Shown: positions 31,610-42,064 of the stretch, in pieces | Numbering within the stretch: position 1 is the first letter of the stretch | Layout: each line of letters opens with the position of its first letter | From: Bdellovibrionales bacterium | Lineage (GTDB): Bacteria; Bdellovibrionota; Bdellovibrionia; Bdellovibrionales; UBA1609 | Assembly (NCBI GenBank): GCA_965219095.1 | Contig: CBDCMT010000001.1 | Coordinates: 960,001 to 1,024,000 of the forward strand | Direction of reading: 5' to 3' | DNA length: 64,000 bases | The notes under the pieces: model-generated | Database searches by the model: none | What the model was told of the DNA's origin: nothing | What the model saw: the letters and a program-made list of their open reading frames with translations, nothing else | Made by a program: the position numbers and the translations under genes

Positions 31610-33300
31610 CCTAAACTCGTGACTAAAAATGTACACTACAAAGCTATAATTTCCTATTTTCCATAAAAATCTCAGTTTTCATAGGGGAATTTTCGATTTT
31701 TAGATAAAATCACAAAAAATAACTTGCCTTGCATTTTCCTTTGTAGTGTAATATATTACACTACATGAGGGAGAAATATGAGCTTTATCAGAAGAATAAA
31801 AAGAGGAAAGGTAACATATCTTGCAGAAGTAGAGAACAAAAGGGTCGATGGAAAAGTTATCCAAAAGCATATTCGGTACATCGGGAAGGAAGAGAATGGT
31901 GAAACTGTAATTTCAATGAGTTCATCTGATCTTGAAATAAAAAAGGTCAAGGTTTATGGTCCTTTGCTTGTTTTAGATAAAATAGCTAGAGAAATAGATT
32001 TGCAAAAATCTCTTGGCCAATACTCCAATGAAATATTAAGCATGGTCTATGCTCACTGTTTAGATTACAAAAGCCTTAGAAAAATGCCAAAATGGTATGA
32101 GAGAACAGATTTAAACACTTTGCTAAATTTAGAGGATCTAACCGAAAGTCGTTTGCTTTCTGCTCTAGATTCTTTAGAGAGTGATCCAGAAAATTTACAG
32201 AAGAAAATATTTCAAGGTGTTCAGAAAAGGTACAATCTTGAGCTAAAAGGGTTGGTGTACGATGTTACCAATACATACCTTTATGGTAGCAAATGTCAGC
32301 TTGGAAAATTAGGAAAGAGTAAGGATGGGAAACGTGGAAATCCTTTGATTCAAATTGGTTTGGTGACAACTCAAAAAGAAAGAATACCAGTGTTTCATAA
32401 AACTTTTAGTGGAAACATACACGATAGCAGGACTCTACTAAGTTTATCCGATGGATTTGCAAACTATGGACTAAGTGGAGGAATGTTTGTTTACGACAGA
32501 GGCATTTTTTCAGAGAGAAACCTCAATGAAATCAATGATTTGGGCTGGAATACGCTTTGTGGGATTGCTCTCAGAAAAAAAGAGAAGGATTTGATTAGAA
32601 AAATGATAAGGCTAGACTCTATTGTTGATGTATCCCATCGCATCAGGTTATCAAGTGGTACCTTGTATGCTCAGAGCATTAATCACAATGTTGGAAAAAT
32701 CAAAGGACGTTTAGTTGTTTGTTACAATCAAAGGAGAGCTTTAGATATAAGAGAATCTCGTTTGGACGAAATTGCAAACGCACAAATTCTTTTGTCTAAA
32801 AATATAAAACCAGGTTTGGAAAAATACCTTACTCCAACAGGAAGATTAAGGAGAGATCGGTTGAATTTAGAATCTGAGTTTGATGGTTACTCTTGTATAT
32901 TTTCTACAAAAAAGATCTCTGCAAAAGATATTGTTAATTTGTACTATAAGAAAGAGGTAATCGAAAAATTTTTTAGGACCTTAAAGGGAATAACAAATTT
33001 GAGACCAATTCGTCATTGGCTTTACAACAGAGTTCAATCACATGTCTTTATATGCTATTTATCTTGTCTGATACTTTCAATTCTAAAAATGAAGCTTGAA
33101 AAGATGCAGATGTCTCCAGAGGAAGCTCTTGAAGAACTCGGTAGCATGTATAATGTCTATCTTTATGACCGAAAATAAAACTAGACTTATCAAAACAGTA
33201 GCTTTGAATAAAGTTCAAGAAAAAATACTAAGATTTATTGGAAAAAGTCTTGTCAAAAAAACGTCCGTCTGTAGTGTACATTTTTGAGCACGAACTCAGG
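31610..33300 (+). mobile_element. IS1634-family IS; tnp 31778..33178 with a late frameshift
   Basis: Imperfect TIRs cctaaactcgtgactaaaaatgtacactaca / tgtagtgtacatttttgagcacgaactcagg; 7-bp TSD ttaatta; C-terminus continues in another frame to 33287. Confidence 0.92.
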
Positions 33301-33469
33301 TTAATTACTATATAGAGTAACGGACTGCTCTAAAAAATTCAACTAAAAAATTTTGCATTGTAATTTTTACATATGATTTTAAAATTTTTATACCTCACAG
33401 CTAAACCACAGCATTCAAGCACTTACTTCCTAATACTTTATAGATACTGATTGCACTTCAAAATCCACA

Positions 33470-34135
33470 TATAGAGAGTGGGGTCTAGTTTTTGTTGAAA
33501 TGTCTTGATAACACAGAGTTTTATGTAAACAATATTTTTTATGGGAGCCTTGTTATCAAAAAAAAAGCGTCAAGAGCTTTTATCAGCATTAAAGTGAGAA
33601 GATAAGAAAAGATATGCTTATCGGCTCCATATCATTCTTCTGTTAGATGATGGTTATAGTCAGCGATAAGATATCGGAACTATTTTTTCTTGATCCAGGT
33701 TCTATTAACCGTAAGTCGGTTTTTTAACAGCCCTTGACTCCTATAAGAAGATGTTTCTTAGATTTTAAAGGAGAAGTTTTTATTGATCTTGTTGTAAAAC
33801 AAGCTTGAACAAGCCTGTAAGACGTTTTCCTAAGATCTTCCCCGTTACAAAAGTATTAGAGATAGAATAATTCTTAGTTTTTTTTCGTATTGTGATTTTC
33901 TTTGTGCTTTATTTTTTAAGAACCCCCCTCCTTATAGGAGTCAAGGGCTGTCAGACAACCGAGTTACTATTAACCGATGGCTTCAGAAGTATAAAGAAGG
34001 AGGAATAGACCTTTTAATAGCAGCTTCCTATGAGAATAGCACTAAACGTTCTAAGCTTTCTCTTAAAGAGGAAAAAGCCCTTTCGTCCCATTTGAGTAAG
34101 AATCTTTATCATAAGGCCAAGGACATTGCTGTGTA
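33470..34135 (+). pseudogene. Decayed IS630-like transposase 5' region, interrupted by an IS66 MITE
   Basis: RYAYRLHIILLLDDG...SIN|RWLQKYKEGGID joins across the MITE TSD; internal stops. Confidence 0.7.
33711..33967 (-). mobile_element. 257-bp IS66-derived MITE
   Basis: GTAA...TTAC ends related to 35804/38211; 8-bp TSD tattaacc; body resembles 38005-38211. Confidence 0.9.
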
Positions 34136-34137
34136 TA

Positions 34138-34207
34138 TAGTGAATACGCTTAGATTTTCCTGTCGATTCTCTAGAGAAAAAACTTGAAAACCTAAACGGA
34201 AGCACTA
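34138..34207 (+). mobile_element. 70-bp IS630-derived MITE
   Basis: Inverted near-copy of 28830..28899, flanked by TA. Confidence 0.85.
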
Positions 34208-34466
34208 TATAGTATTGCTCTTAGCTCTCAGGCCTCATTTCTTTTAATTTGAAATAAAAAGTTCAATAAGAACCTTGTTTATAATATATGTTATATGTTA
34301 TGCTATATGCCATGTTTAGATGTTAAGATTTCCTCTAAAAAGGAGATGTTTCATCAGAAAAAAAAGATTCTCTTTGGATCTAAAAGTAGAACCTTAGAGT
34401 AATAAAAGGTGTAAGGATTTTCTATCTTGATATCTTTTATAGATTTATAGATAGGAGAAGAGAAAA

Positions 34467-35366
34467 ATGAAATATTTACTATTTTTTTTGTTTTATACAT
34501 CGCTTTTGACGTTAAGAGCAGAGACAGCTTTAGTTCAAAAAATTCTAGTAGAAAAAGGAGATGTCCTTACATATCCTTCAGATCTTAAACCGGTTAAAAT
34601 AGAAGCTTTCATGAATGGTTGGTTTTATGCTTGTGCAATTATGCCGGGAGATTTTTTTGAAATAACTTCAATTCTTAATTATCAAGGAAATAGCAGAAGT
34701 GAAATGTCTATCAAAAAAATAGGAGGAGCACCTGGAGATCAAAAAATCTGTCCTATAGGTAGCCTTATTGACCATGGACTACAAGGAACATATGAGAAAA
34801 TCAGAACAACAAAACTAGGAGATTTTCCTAGAGTGGTTAATAAGCTTTTTTATCCCTTTATTTTTGTATCTGAGAATTTAGAAAGAGTTCAAGAAAGAAA
34901 AAATTATCCTAAACTGGAAAATATAACTTTATCAAATTCTGAAACTATCATGTTTCTTAGAGAAGATAGCATCATTAAATATCCTCTGAATGCACCTTTT
35001 AGAAAAGTGATAATTACATCTTTTTTTTCTTCTTTTCATTGCACTGTAGCTCCAGGGGATTCTTTTAAAGTGGTACACATTATTGAATCTTTACAAAAGG
35101 GTGGTGCTTCAGTAAGTCTTGAAAAAACAGAAAGAACATCTGAGGAGCATGGAATTTGCCCTAAAAAAAGTGAGATAACTATCGATATAATACCATGTGA
35201 ATTAATAAAAACGAAAGAAGGTGTTCCGGAAGGTGTAAACTGCAAACTTTCTTTTGGAAAACTTTTTAATTCAGTTGATAAAGGTGATTTTAATAATGAA
35301 GAAATTCTTAAAATTCCTTCATATGATCCTGTAAATGCACCTTTAGATGATTCTTTAGATTGGTAA
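34467..35366 (+). CDS. Secreted hypothetical protein with two tandem Cys-containing domains
   Basis: AGGAG RBS, signal peptide; CAIMPGDFFEI...ICPIGS and CTVAPGDSFKV...ICPKKS. Confidence 0.75.
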   Translation: MKYLLFFLFYTSLLTLRAETALVQKILVEKGDVLTYPSDLKPVKIEAFMNGWFYACAIMPGDFFEITSILNYQGNSRSEMSIKKIGGAPGDQKICPIGSLIDHGLQGTYEKIRTTKLGDFPRVVNKLFYPFIFVSENLERVQERKNYPKLENITLSNSETIMFLREDSIIKYPLNAPFRKVIITSFFSSFHCTVAPGDSFKVVHIIESLQKGGASVSLEKTERTSEEHGICPKKSEITIDIIPCELIKTKEGVPEGVNCKLSFGKLFNSVDKGDFNNEEILKIPSYDPVNAPLDDSLDW

Positions 35367-35860
35367 AACCAACCATTCAAAAAATACAAAATCAAAGATA
35401 GATTCAATCGAAGAGAATATCCGTAATCCCCTTAAATTTTCAGAAAAGACACTTTCATAATTGGTATTAGTACTACTTTGGCAAGTGAATTAAATTGTGT
35501 AACTGGCTTTAAATGAATTTTCAAAGAAGTGGTCTCTTAAGTATCCTAGCATAGAAAAGTCTTAGGGAACTCACTGGGATAATTTAATTTACAAGATCCG
35601 TGTTTTATATTTAATTTACAGGCTCCTCTGATTTACAGGCTCAAAGTTCATGATTTTCTTAGGGATTAAAAAAACTTTTCTCGAATGACATCAAAAAAAT
35701 CATAAAAATACTTTTTTACGTTCGACTAACCTAGACTTTTGGCAATTTTTCACGTTCGACTAACTAAAGAAAGAGTAAAAAGGCGAGCAGGTTTAGATAA
35801 AACGTAACTCGGTTATCTGACCGCCCTATCTGAGTTTAAATTTCTCTTATAAGTTTTTCT

Positions 35861-35908
35861 GCCTCCTCAAAAGAACCTCCGGGAACCCACAGATTCTTTT
35901 GAGGAGGC
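35861..35908 (+). mobile_element. 48-bp ISL3 fold-back mini-element
   Basis: 15-bp arms gcctcctcaaaagaa / ttcttttgaggaggc around 18 bp of the ISL3 right-end interior; no TSD. Confidence 0.88.
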
Positions 35909-36213
35909 AAAAAAGAAGATACAGCTTTGTCGAGAGAAGAATTCCAACAAGAAGCTTATACGCTACCCAGAAGCACTTAAAAGAGAGATTCTAGATTTTT
36001 TGAAAGAAGGAAAGGTTTCTAAATTTTGTAAAGAAGCAAAAGTCAGCCTCTCTACAATCAATAACTGGAAGAAGTCTTATGTTTAACAGTTTCTCACAAG
36101 AAGTCTCTTTTTAAGGCCGTTTCTTTGAAAAAGGAAAAGTCATATGAGGATAAGAAGGTCTTAGTCTTAAAGGGTCTAAATTGGGAAGAGGTTTTAGAAT
36201 TAGTGAGGAGTTT

Positions 36214-36543
36214 ATGATTTTTTTATCTGAAGGCTATCGTATTTTTGTCTACTCTCAAAAGATAGACATGCGATGGAGTTTTGAGAGGTTGAGTTATCTG
36301 GTGAGAAGTGAGATGGAAGGAGAGATCAACTTAAGAGATCTTTATCTCTTTCTAGGTTTTAACAGAAAGAGATTAAAAGGTCTGTTCTATGATGGGAGTG
36401 GTCTTGTTTTACTAACAAAGAGGATGGAGAAAGAAAGGTTTATGAGTTTAAGTGATTTAAGTTCTCCCGAGTTAACAAGGAGTGAATTGAATCTTTTAGT
36501 TCATGGTTCGATTTTAAGAAAGTACGAGCTTAAGAAAAGATAA
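36214..36543 (+). CDS. IS66 accessory protein TnpB
   Basis: IDMR.SFERL, LYLF...NRKRLK.L.YDG.G..L..KR.E. Confidence 0.85.
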   Translation: MIFLSEGYRIFVYSQKIDMRWSFERLSYLVRSEMEGEINLRDLYLFLGFNRKRLKGLFYDGSGLVLLTKRMEKERFMSLSDLSSPELTRSELNLLVHGSILRKYELKKR

Positions 36544-36629
36544 TTTTTTTAGATTATTTTTTTAAATTTTTTTTATTTTTTTTTAAAAAAAAGCTTGCAA
36601 AACAAAAAAAGACGTGTTGACATTAATGT

Positions 36630-38008
36630 ATGCAGATGAGTCTTTTTCCCCATTTAAAAAAAAAGCGAAAACCCTGAATATAAATATCTTCCTTCGTTTA
36701 TTCGAGAGGAAAAAGATCTGGAAAATGTAAAGTTGATTTTCAATGAATTCATTCATCTTTATAAAAAAGAAAATAAGCGTTTAGAAAGAGAGTTAAATGA
36801 GCTTAAGAAGAAAAAAGCTCAAGAAGATCAATTAAAGCTTTTTAATGATGATCTACTTAGTAAGTTCAAGAAAATAGTATTTGGAAAATCCAGTGAAAAA
36901 AAGAAAACTATCTTCTCGTAGTAGAAAGAAGCTTAAAAAGACAATTCTGCTTGAATCTGAGAGTTTAGTTCCTGCTCCTAAAGAAGAGGAGATGAAGAAT
37001 TTAGAAGAAATAAAAGTAGATCATAAGCTCACAGACGAAGAACTTTCTGATATAGCACAGCAGTATGGTTATCCTAAGGACAGTGAGTGGGAGGAATTAA
37101 AGATTCAAGACGTGTCAGGAGAGCTTGATGTTCATGTAAAAAGCTATGTAAGAAAAAAGCATCGTCTTTACAAGTATGAACTTCCCCAAAAAAGTGGACA
37201 GTTTTTTGGGGGAAGATCAAAAGAGGAGCTTCTTAAACTAGACAGAACGATTCATATTGATGAAACTCCATGGCCTATTAATAATTCACATCAAAAGGAC
37301 GGCTACATGTTTGTTATAAGTCATCAGGGAGGAAGTTTTTATTACTTTAGTGAGAGCCGTTCAGCTTGTTCTGTTAAAGAACTCTTGGGGTCTTATAAGG
37401 GGCCTATTTTAACAGATGGCTACGCTAGTTATAAAACACATTTTAAGGGTGAAAAGGGAATTGATCTTGCTTTTTTTTGGTCTCATGCGAGAAAAAAGTT
37501 TATTGACATAGAACAGAATTACCCTGAGGAGTATGGAAAAGTATTAAAGCTTATGGGGGAGATTTTTAAAGTTGAATCAAAAGCAAAAACTTATGAAGAG
37601 TTCAAAAGTTTAAGACAAACAGAATCAAAGGATTTAGTTCTTAAACTCCAGGATCTGTATTATGAGCTTTATGGAAAAGCTCGTCCTGAGAGTGGGTTAA
37701 AAAAGGCTATTGATTATAGCTTTAACCATTGGGATGGCTTAAATTTATTTTTAGAAAATGAGAAAATTCCTATGACAAACAATGAAGCAGAAAGAACGAT
37801 TCGGCATTCTGTGATGGGAAGAAAGAACTTTCATGGGTCAAGGACTCAGAGAGGAGTTGAAACAGCATCAGTACTTTACAGTATTGTGGAAAGTTGTAAG
37901 AAGGTGGAATTAGATCCTAAGGACTATATTTTAATGGTTGTGGGAAACTCCCTCGATAAGATACCTATTAAAACGCCTTTTGAGTATACAAGTGAGCTTC
38001 GTTCTTAA
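36630..38008 (+). pseudogene. IS66 TnpC, frameshifted and internally deleted
   Basis: FGKSSEK ends one frame and the DDE part lies in another; an IS3 scar sits where the central segment is expected. Confidence 0.85.
37177..37219. mobile_element. 43-bp IS3 fold-back scar
   Basis: tgaacttccccaaaaaa-gtggacag-ttttttgggggaagatca; right junction identical to that of the full IS3 at 19557. Confidence 0.88.
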
Positions 38009-38455
38009 AGAATAAAGCACAAAAAAAATCAAAATTACGAAAAAAAACTAAGAATTATTCTAAAGAACTTCTCTAATACTTTTGTAACGGGGAAGGCCTT
38101 AGAGAAATGTTTTACAGGTTCATTTTACAACAAGATCAATAAAAATTTCTCCTTTAAAATCTAAGAAATATCCTCCTTCATAGGACAAGGGCTGTTAAAA
38201 AACCGACTTACGATAAAACTAACCTGCCTTAAATGGCTATGAATTCAGGGTACTGTATTTAAAAAAGATTACATAAAAGCAATTCGGTTTTTAAGTCGCC
38301 CTTAATTTATGCTGACTACACTTCAAAAATCTCCTTTTTATTTAGCTAGAAAAAGGGAATTTTTGAGTAACTCGGTTTAAAAACTGAATTACAAACAAAC
38401 TCTAAATTTCACCGGAAAACCTAAAAGTACTGTCGCTGTATTTATGAACTGCTTA

Positions 38456-39553
38456 TTAAGCCACTCTTTTTGAACTCATTTTAAAAATCAAAACAATAAG
38501 GATAGAATTTGCTATCCAAGAAAAAATACCAGAGGGAAGGAGAACTTGTTTTTGAGAAGCACCTGTGGATAGTACATGAAGAATCCAATAACCTGCTGTG
38601 AGACTCAGGGCTAAAGTTAAAGGATTGTAACCTGTTTTTGAATTATTTCGAATACCTATGAGACTACCTAGAAGAGCTAAAAGGAGACAAGAAAAGGGCA
38701 GTGCAAAACGCTCTTGTATAAGAGAACGCCATTTTTGTTTTTCTAAAAGTTTATTTGTTTTTTTAAGTTTACTTTTTAATTGTCTATAAGTATAGGTATT
38801 GAGGTTCTTTTTACTTTCTTTTTGTGAATGAAAAAGAAGATTCATTTCATAGCTGTCAAAATGAGCTTTCATATAGTTGCTATTTTGAATTCTATGAAAG
38901 CTTCCCTTATAAAGTTTTAATAAAGGTATAGTCTGATTTTTAAGTTTTATAAACTCACCAGATTTTGCCAGTACAGTAATAGAATCTCCAGACTCTCTTT
39001 CATCTTTAATGAAAATATTTTCTATTTTATTCTTTTTGGAATCACTGTCCTCTACATAAATGGTTAAATTCTCAAAATTTTTTATAAAAATTCCCTTCTG
39101 TATGAGAGTACTCATTTTAGAAATACGAATCTCCTCCTTTGTTTGTTGTAGATTGACCTCAGCTAAAGGGCTTAAATATAGATTGAACTGAAAATGAAGC
39201 CACATTGTTAAAAATCCTAAGACTATAGCAGGGCTTAACAGATCTTTCTTCCTAAATCCTAGAGAACTAAAAGCTATAACTTCGTTCTTAAGTGACAGCT
39301 TTGAGTAAGTTGTTAAACTTGCTAAGACACTAGATATAGGTAACATAAAGGGTGTCGCTTTAAAAATAAGGTCTTTTACCATTTCTAAAATTGTTAAAAA
39401 AGAAACTTCGTAAATAAGAAAAAATTCAATCAGTTGAATCAAGTCAAACATAAGAAGTATAAATAAGAAAAGAATACAAGAAATCAAAAAAGAGATAAAG
39501 AGATCTAAGAAAATATAAAAAAATATTCTTTCATTTTTAAAAAATGTCATCAT
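38456..39553 (-). CDS. LptF/LptG-family LPS export permease
   Basis: 3 TM + periplasmic beta domain + 3 TM; LPIS.L......KLS..NEVIA..SLG; R.ALPF.C. Confidence 0.88.
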   Translation of the reverse strand: MMTFFKNERIFFYIFLDLFISFLISCILFLFILLMFDLIQLIEFFLIYEVSFLTILEMVKDLIFKATPFMLPISSVLASLTTYSKLSLKNEVIAFSSLGFRKKDLLSPAIVLGFLTMWLHFQFNLYLSPLAEVNLQQTKEEIRISKMSTLIQKGIFIKNFENLTIYVEDSDSKKNKIENIFIKDERESGDSITVLAKSGEFIKLKNQTIPLLKLYKGSFHRIQNSNYMKAHFDSYEMNLLFHSQKESKKNLNTYTYRQLKSKLKKTNKLLEKQKWRSLIQERFALPFSCLLLALLGSLIGIRNNSKTGYNPLTLALSLTAGYWILHVLSTGASQKQVLLPSGIFSWIANSILIVLIFKMSSKRVA

Positions 39554-39618
39554 TTTACTAATGATTATAGTTTAAAGAAAAGCTACAAAGAGGTCAAGGG
39601 TGTTTGACAGGGATTGAG

Positions 39619-41634
39619 TTAGGAACCTAATTTTTTATTAGTAAGCACCTTTTTGACAAAAGTCCCTAAATCTTCATCAAGTAGAGCTTTTATGGTAAAA
39701 GATTTCTCTTCTTTCCTTCCACAAATCTTGTCAATTTCTATTTCAGCTTCTTGAAAATCAGGCTGCAAAACAGAAGCTTTTTCAAAATTAATAAGAGCCT
39801 TGTCTTTATCTCTTTCAAGAAGTCCCATAAGTCCTTGTACATAGAGATAATAAGCATTATGCCTTTCTTCGTAGGGAATTTTTGCAAGATCATCGTAAAT
39901 ACTTCTTATAAAATGAGGGTATTTTTTAGGGTTTGCAAGACAGAGTTTTAATTTAGCCCAAACGAGATAAATCATATAGTCATTAGGAGGACTCTTTGAT
40001 TTTCCGATTTTCTCCAGACTTTCTAGAGCCTCTTCAAAACGAGTTTTCTTTAGTAAACTTTTACACTCATTCATTAAAGTTTCAGATTCTAAAATTTGTT
40101 TGAGCTTTATAATCTCTTGTCGTTTATCGTAGATTCGTCCATCTTTAGAACTTACTTTAATGGTTCTGTAAGATTCATTGATAACGTTAAATATATTTTT
40201 ATAAAGATCTAGAATTTTTTTAGGGGATTTACTGGGAGCTTTATCAGGATGAAAGCTTTGGCTCAATTGCTTGTAGCTCATATTGACTTGATCGAGAGAG
40301 GCTCTCTCTTTTAATCCAAAAATCTCATGAGCTTTTTTGTGTTTGATAGAGTTATAAATATGAGTCAATCTCTCATACTCCCTTTCATGGTCATCGAATG
40401 TACTCTCTTCGAGGCCTATAATTCCCACAGAAAGAAGCCCATAGATCCCTAATAAAAAATTTTCAGAGTTTTTATTTTTTTCTAAAAAATCGTTAAGGGA
40501 AAGGGGAAGTTTGGTTTTTTCTAATTTTTCATAAGTATCCTTTAAGAATTCTAGAGATTTGTAACGTTCAAAGAGATTCCAATCAACTCCCTTTGTAAGA
40601 TTGTAATTAATTTTCGAAGAAAAAAAGCTCTTTAACCATTCAACTTTAAATTTAGGTAAAGCGATATTTTTTAGAAAGTAAAAGTTGATCATGGATTCAT
40701 ATTTTTCTTTGAATTCTGGCAGAGTTGCAAGCATCTTATGGTAATCTTTCTGAGTTTCTCTTTTATAAAATTTTACAAAAATCTCTTTGTTTTCAAAAAT
40801 TTGACTAAAGCGAATTAAAAACTGCTCTCTATAAATAATACCAATAGCATGAGGACTTAGCATGTTAGCTTCAACAAGTCTTTGCCCAATCAAACCTATA
40901 TCTTGAGCGAATACTTCTGGGTTTTCCTTAAGAATTTGTCCCTTAATAAGGCTTTTTGATATGGCAATAGCAAGAAAGCGAGATTTTTCATTTTTTTCTA
41001 AATTCATTTTATAAAATAAGCCGTCTTTTAGAGAAGCACCTCCCACACTCTCTCCTTGAGAATTAGAAAACTCTAAGTACCCTGAAATTCCTAACTTTTG
41101 ACATTTATGAAAAATAAAAAAGATTTCAAAGCCATTTATTTTTTTAGGTCCAGATGTGTTTAAGACTTCAAGAAAGAGAGATTCCGTAATAAGTTCCTTT
41201 TTGTTAAATCCTAAGGCCGTTAAATCCTGATCTGTATTGTCTGCATTGGAGTTATTTTTATTTTTTATTTTGTGTTCACTTTTTTCTATGTAATGAATCA
41301 GATCATTATTAGAAAAGGGTTTTCTTAAAAACCCTACGGCATAACTCTTTCCCTTGTACATTTCAAAATTCTCCTTACTATAAACACCACTGATGAAAAT
41401 AATAGGTATGAATTGTTTTGTCTCTTTTTGTATTCTTTCAGCAAGTTTAAAGCCACTTTCCTTGGGTAAAAGGCAGTCTAAAATAGCAAGCTTATAGTTT
41501 TGAAAGATAATGTTCTTGAAAGCGGTTGTAGGATCACTAAAATAGTCAACTTCATAGCCGGATTCTCTTAAAAACCTTATAAAAGGGAGAGAGGCTTTTT
41601 TGGAATCGTCAATAAAGAGAATTTTTGGCTTCAC
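39619..41634 (-). CDS. Response regulator with DnaJ (HPD) domain and TPR
   Basis: REC (ILFIDD, AILD, ISG, KPF); J-domain YKQLSQSFHPDK; C-terminal TPR-like helices. Confidence 0.82.
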   Translation of the reverse strand: MKPKILFIDDSKKASLPFIRFLRESGYEVDYFSDPTTAFKNIIFQNYKLAILDCLLPKESGFKLAERIQKETKQFIPIIFISGVYSKENFEMYKGKSYAVGFLRKPFSNNDLIHYIEKSEHKIKNKNNSNADNTDQDLTALGFNKKELITESLFLEVLNTSGPKKINGFEIFFIFHKCQKLGISGYLEFSNSQGESVGGASLKDGLFYKMNLEKNEKSRFLAIAISKSLIKGQILKENPEVFAQDIGLIGQRLVEANMLSPHAIGIIYREQFLIRFSQIFENKEIFVKFYKRETQKDYHKMLATLPEFKEKYESMINFYFLKNIALPKFKVEWLKSFFSSKINYNLTKGVDWNLFERYKSLEFLKDTYEKLEKTKLPLSLNDFLEKNKNSENFLLGIYGLLSVGIIGLEESTFDDHEREYERLTHIYNSIKHKKAHEIFGLKERASLDQVNMSYKQLSQSFHPDKAPSKSPKKILDLYKNIFNVINESYRTIKVSSKDGRIYDKRQEIIKLKQILESETLMNECKSLLKKTRFEEALESLEKIGKSKSPPNDYMIYLVWAKLKLCLANPKKYPHFIRSIYDDLAKIPYEERHNAYYLYVQGLMGLLERDKDKALINFEKASVLQPDFQEAEIEIDKICGRKEEKSFTIKALLDEDLGTFVKKVLTNKKLGS

Positions 41635-41737
41635 AGTACAATTTCGGTATTTTTCTTGAATTTCTTAAGGTTTTGTGCTTTACTTTGGTCTAGTTCGGGT
41701 GTTTCTCCGAGCCATGACTATAGAAAGGAGTATAAAA

Positions 41738-42064
41738 ATGGCTATACAAAGTTTAACTGATGCAGAGTTTCAAAAAGAAGTGGTTCATTCTAAAAAGACT
41801 GTCCTCATTGATTTTTGGGCTGAATGGTGCGGGCCTTGCCGGGCTTTAGCTCCTAAAATCGAACAATTAGCAGAGCAGGTTCAGGATATTGAGGTGTTTA
41901 AAATCAATATCGATGAAAATCCAGAGGTAGCTTCACAATACGGTGTAAGAGGGATTCCTACTTTGCTTTTTTTTGATCAAGGCGAGCTAAAAGACAAGCT
42001 TGTAGGAAACCACAGTCTTGATAAATTAAAACAGTTTGTCCAAATCACTAAGGATTCAAAATAA
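41738..42064 (+). CDS. trxA: Thioredoxin
   Basis: DFWAEWCGPC, GIPT; AAGGAG RBS before ATG 41738. Confidence 0.95.
   Translation: MAIQSLTDAEFQKEVVHSKKTVLIDFWAEWCGPCRALAPKIEQLAEQVQDIEVFKINIDENPEVASQYGVRGIPTLLFFDQGELKDKLVGNHSLDKLKQFVQITKDSK

Larger units (their letters stand above)
35804..38211 (+). mobile_element. Three-ORF IS66 (tnpA/tnpB/tnpC), degenerate
   Basis: Ends gtaactcggtt / aaccgacttac; 8-bp TSD gataaaac; carries ISL3 and IS3 scars. Confidence 0.92.
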
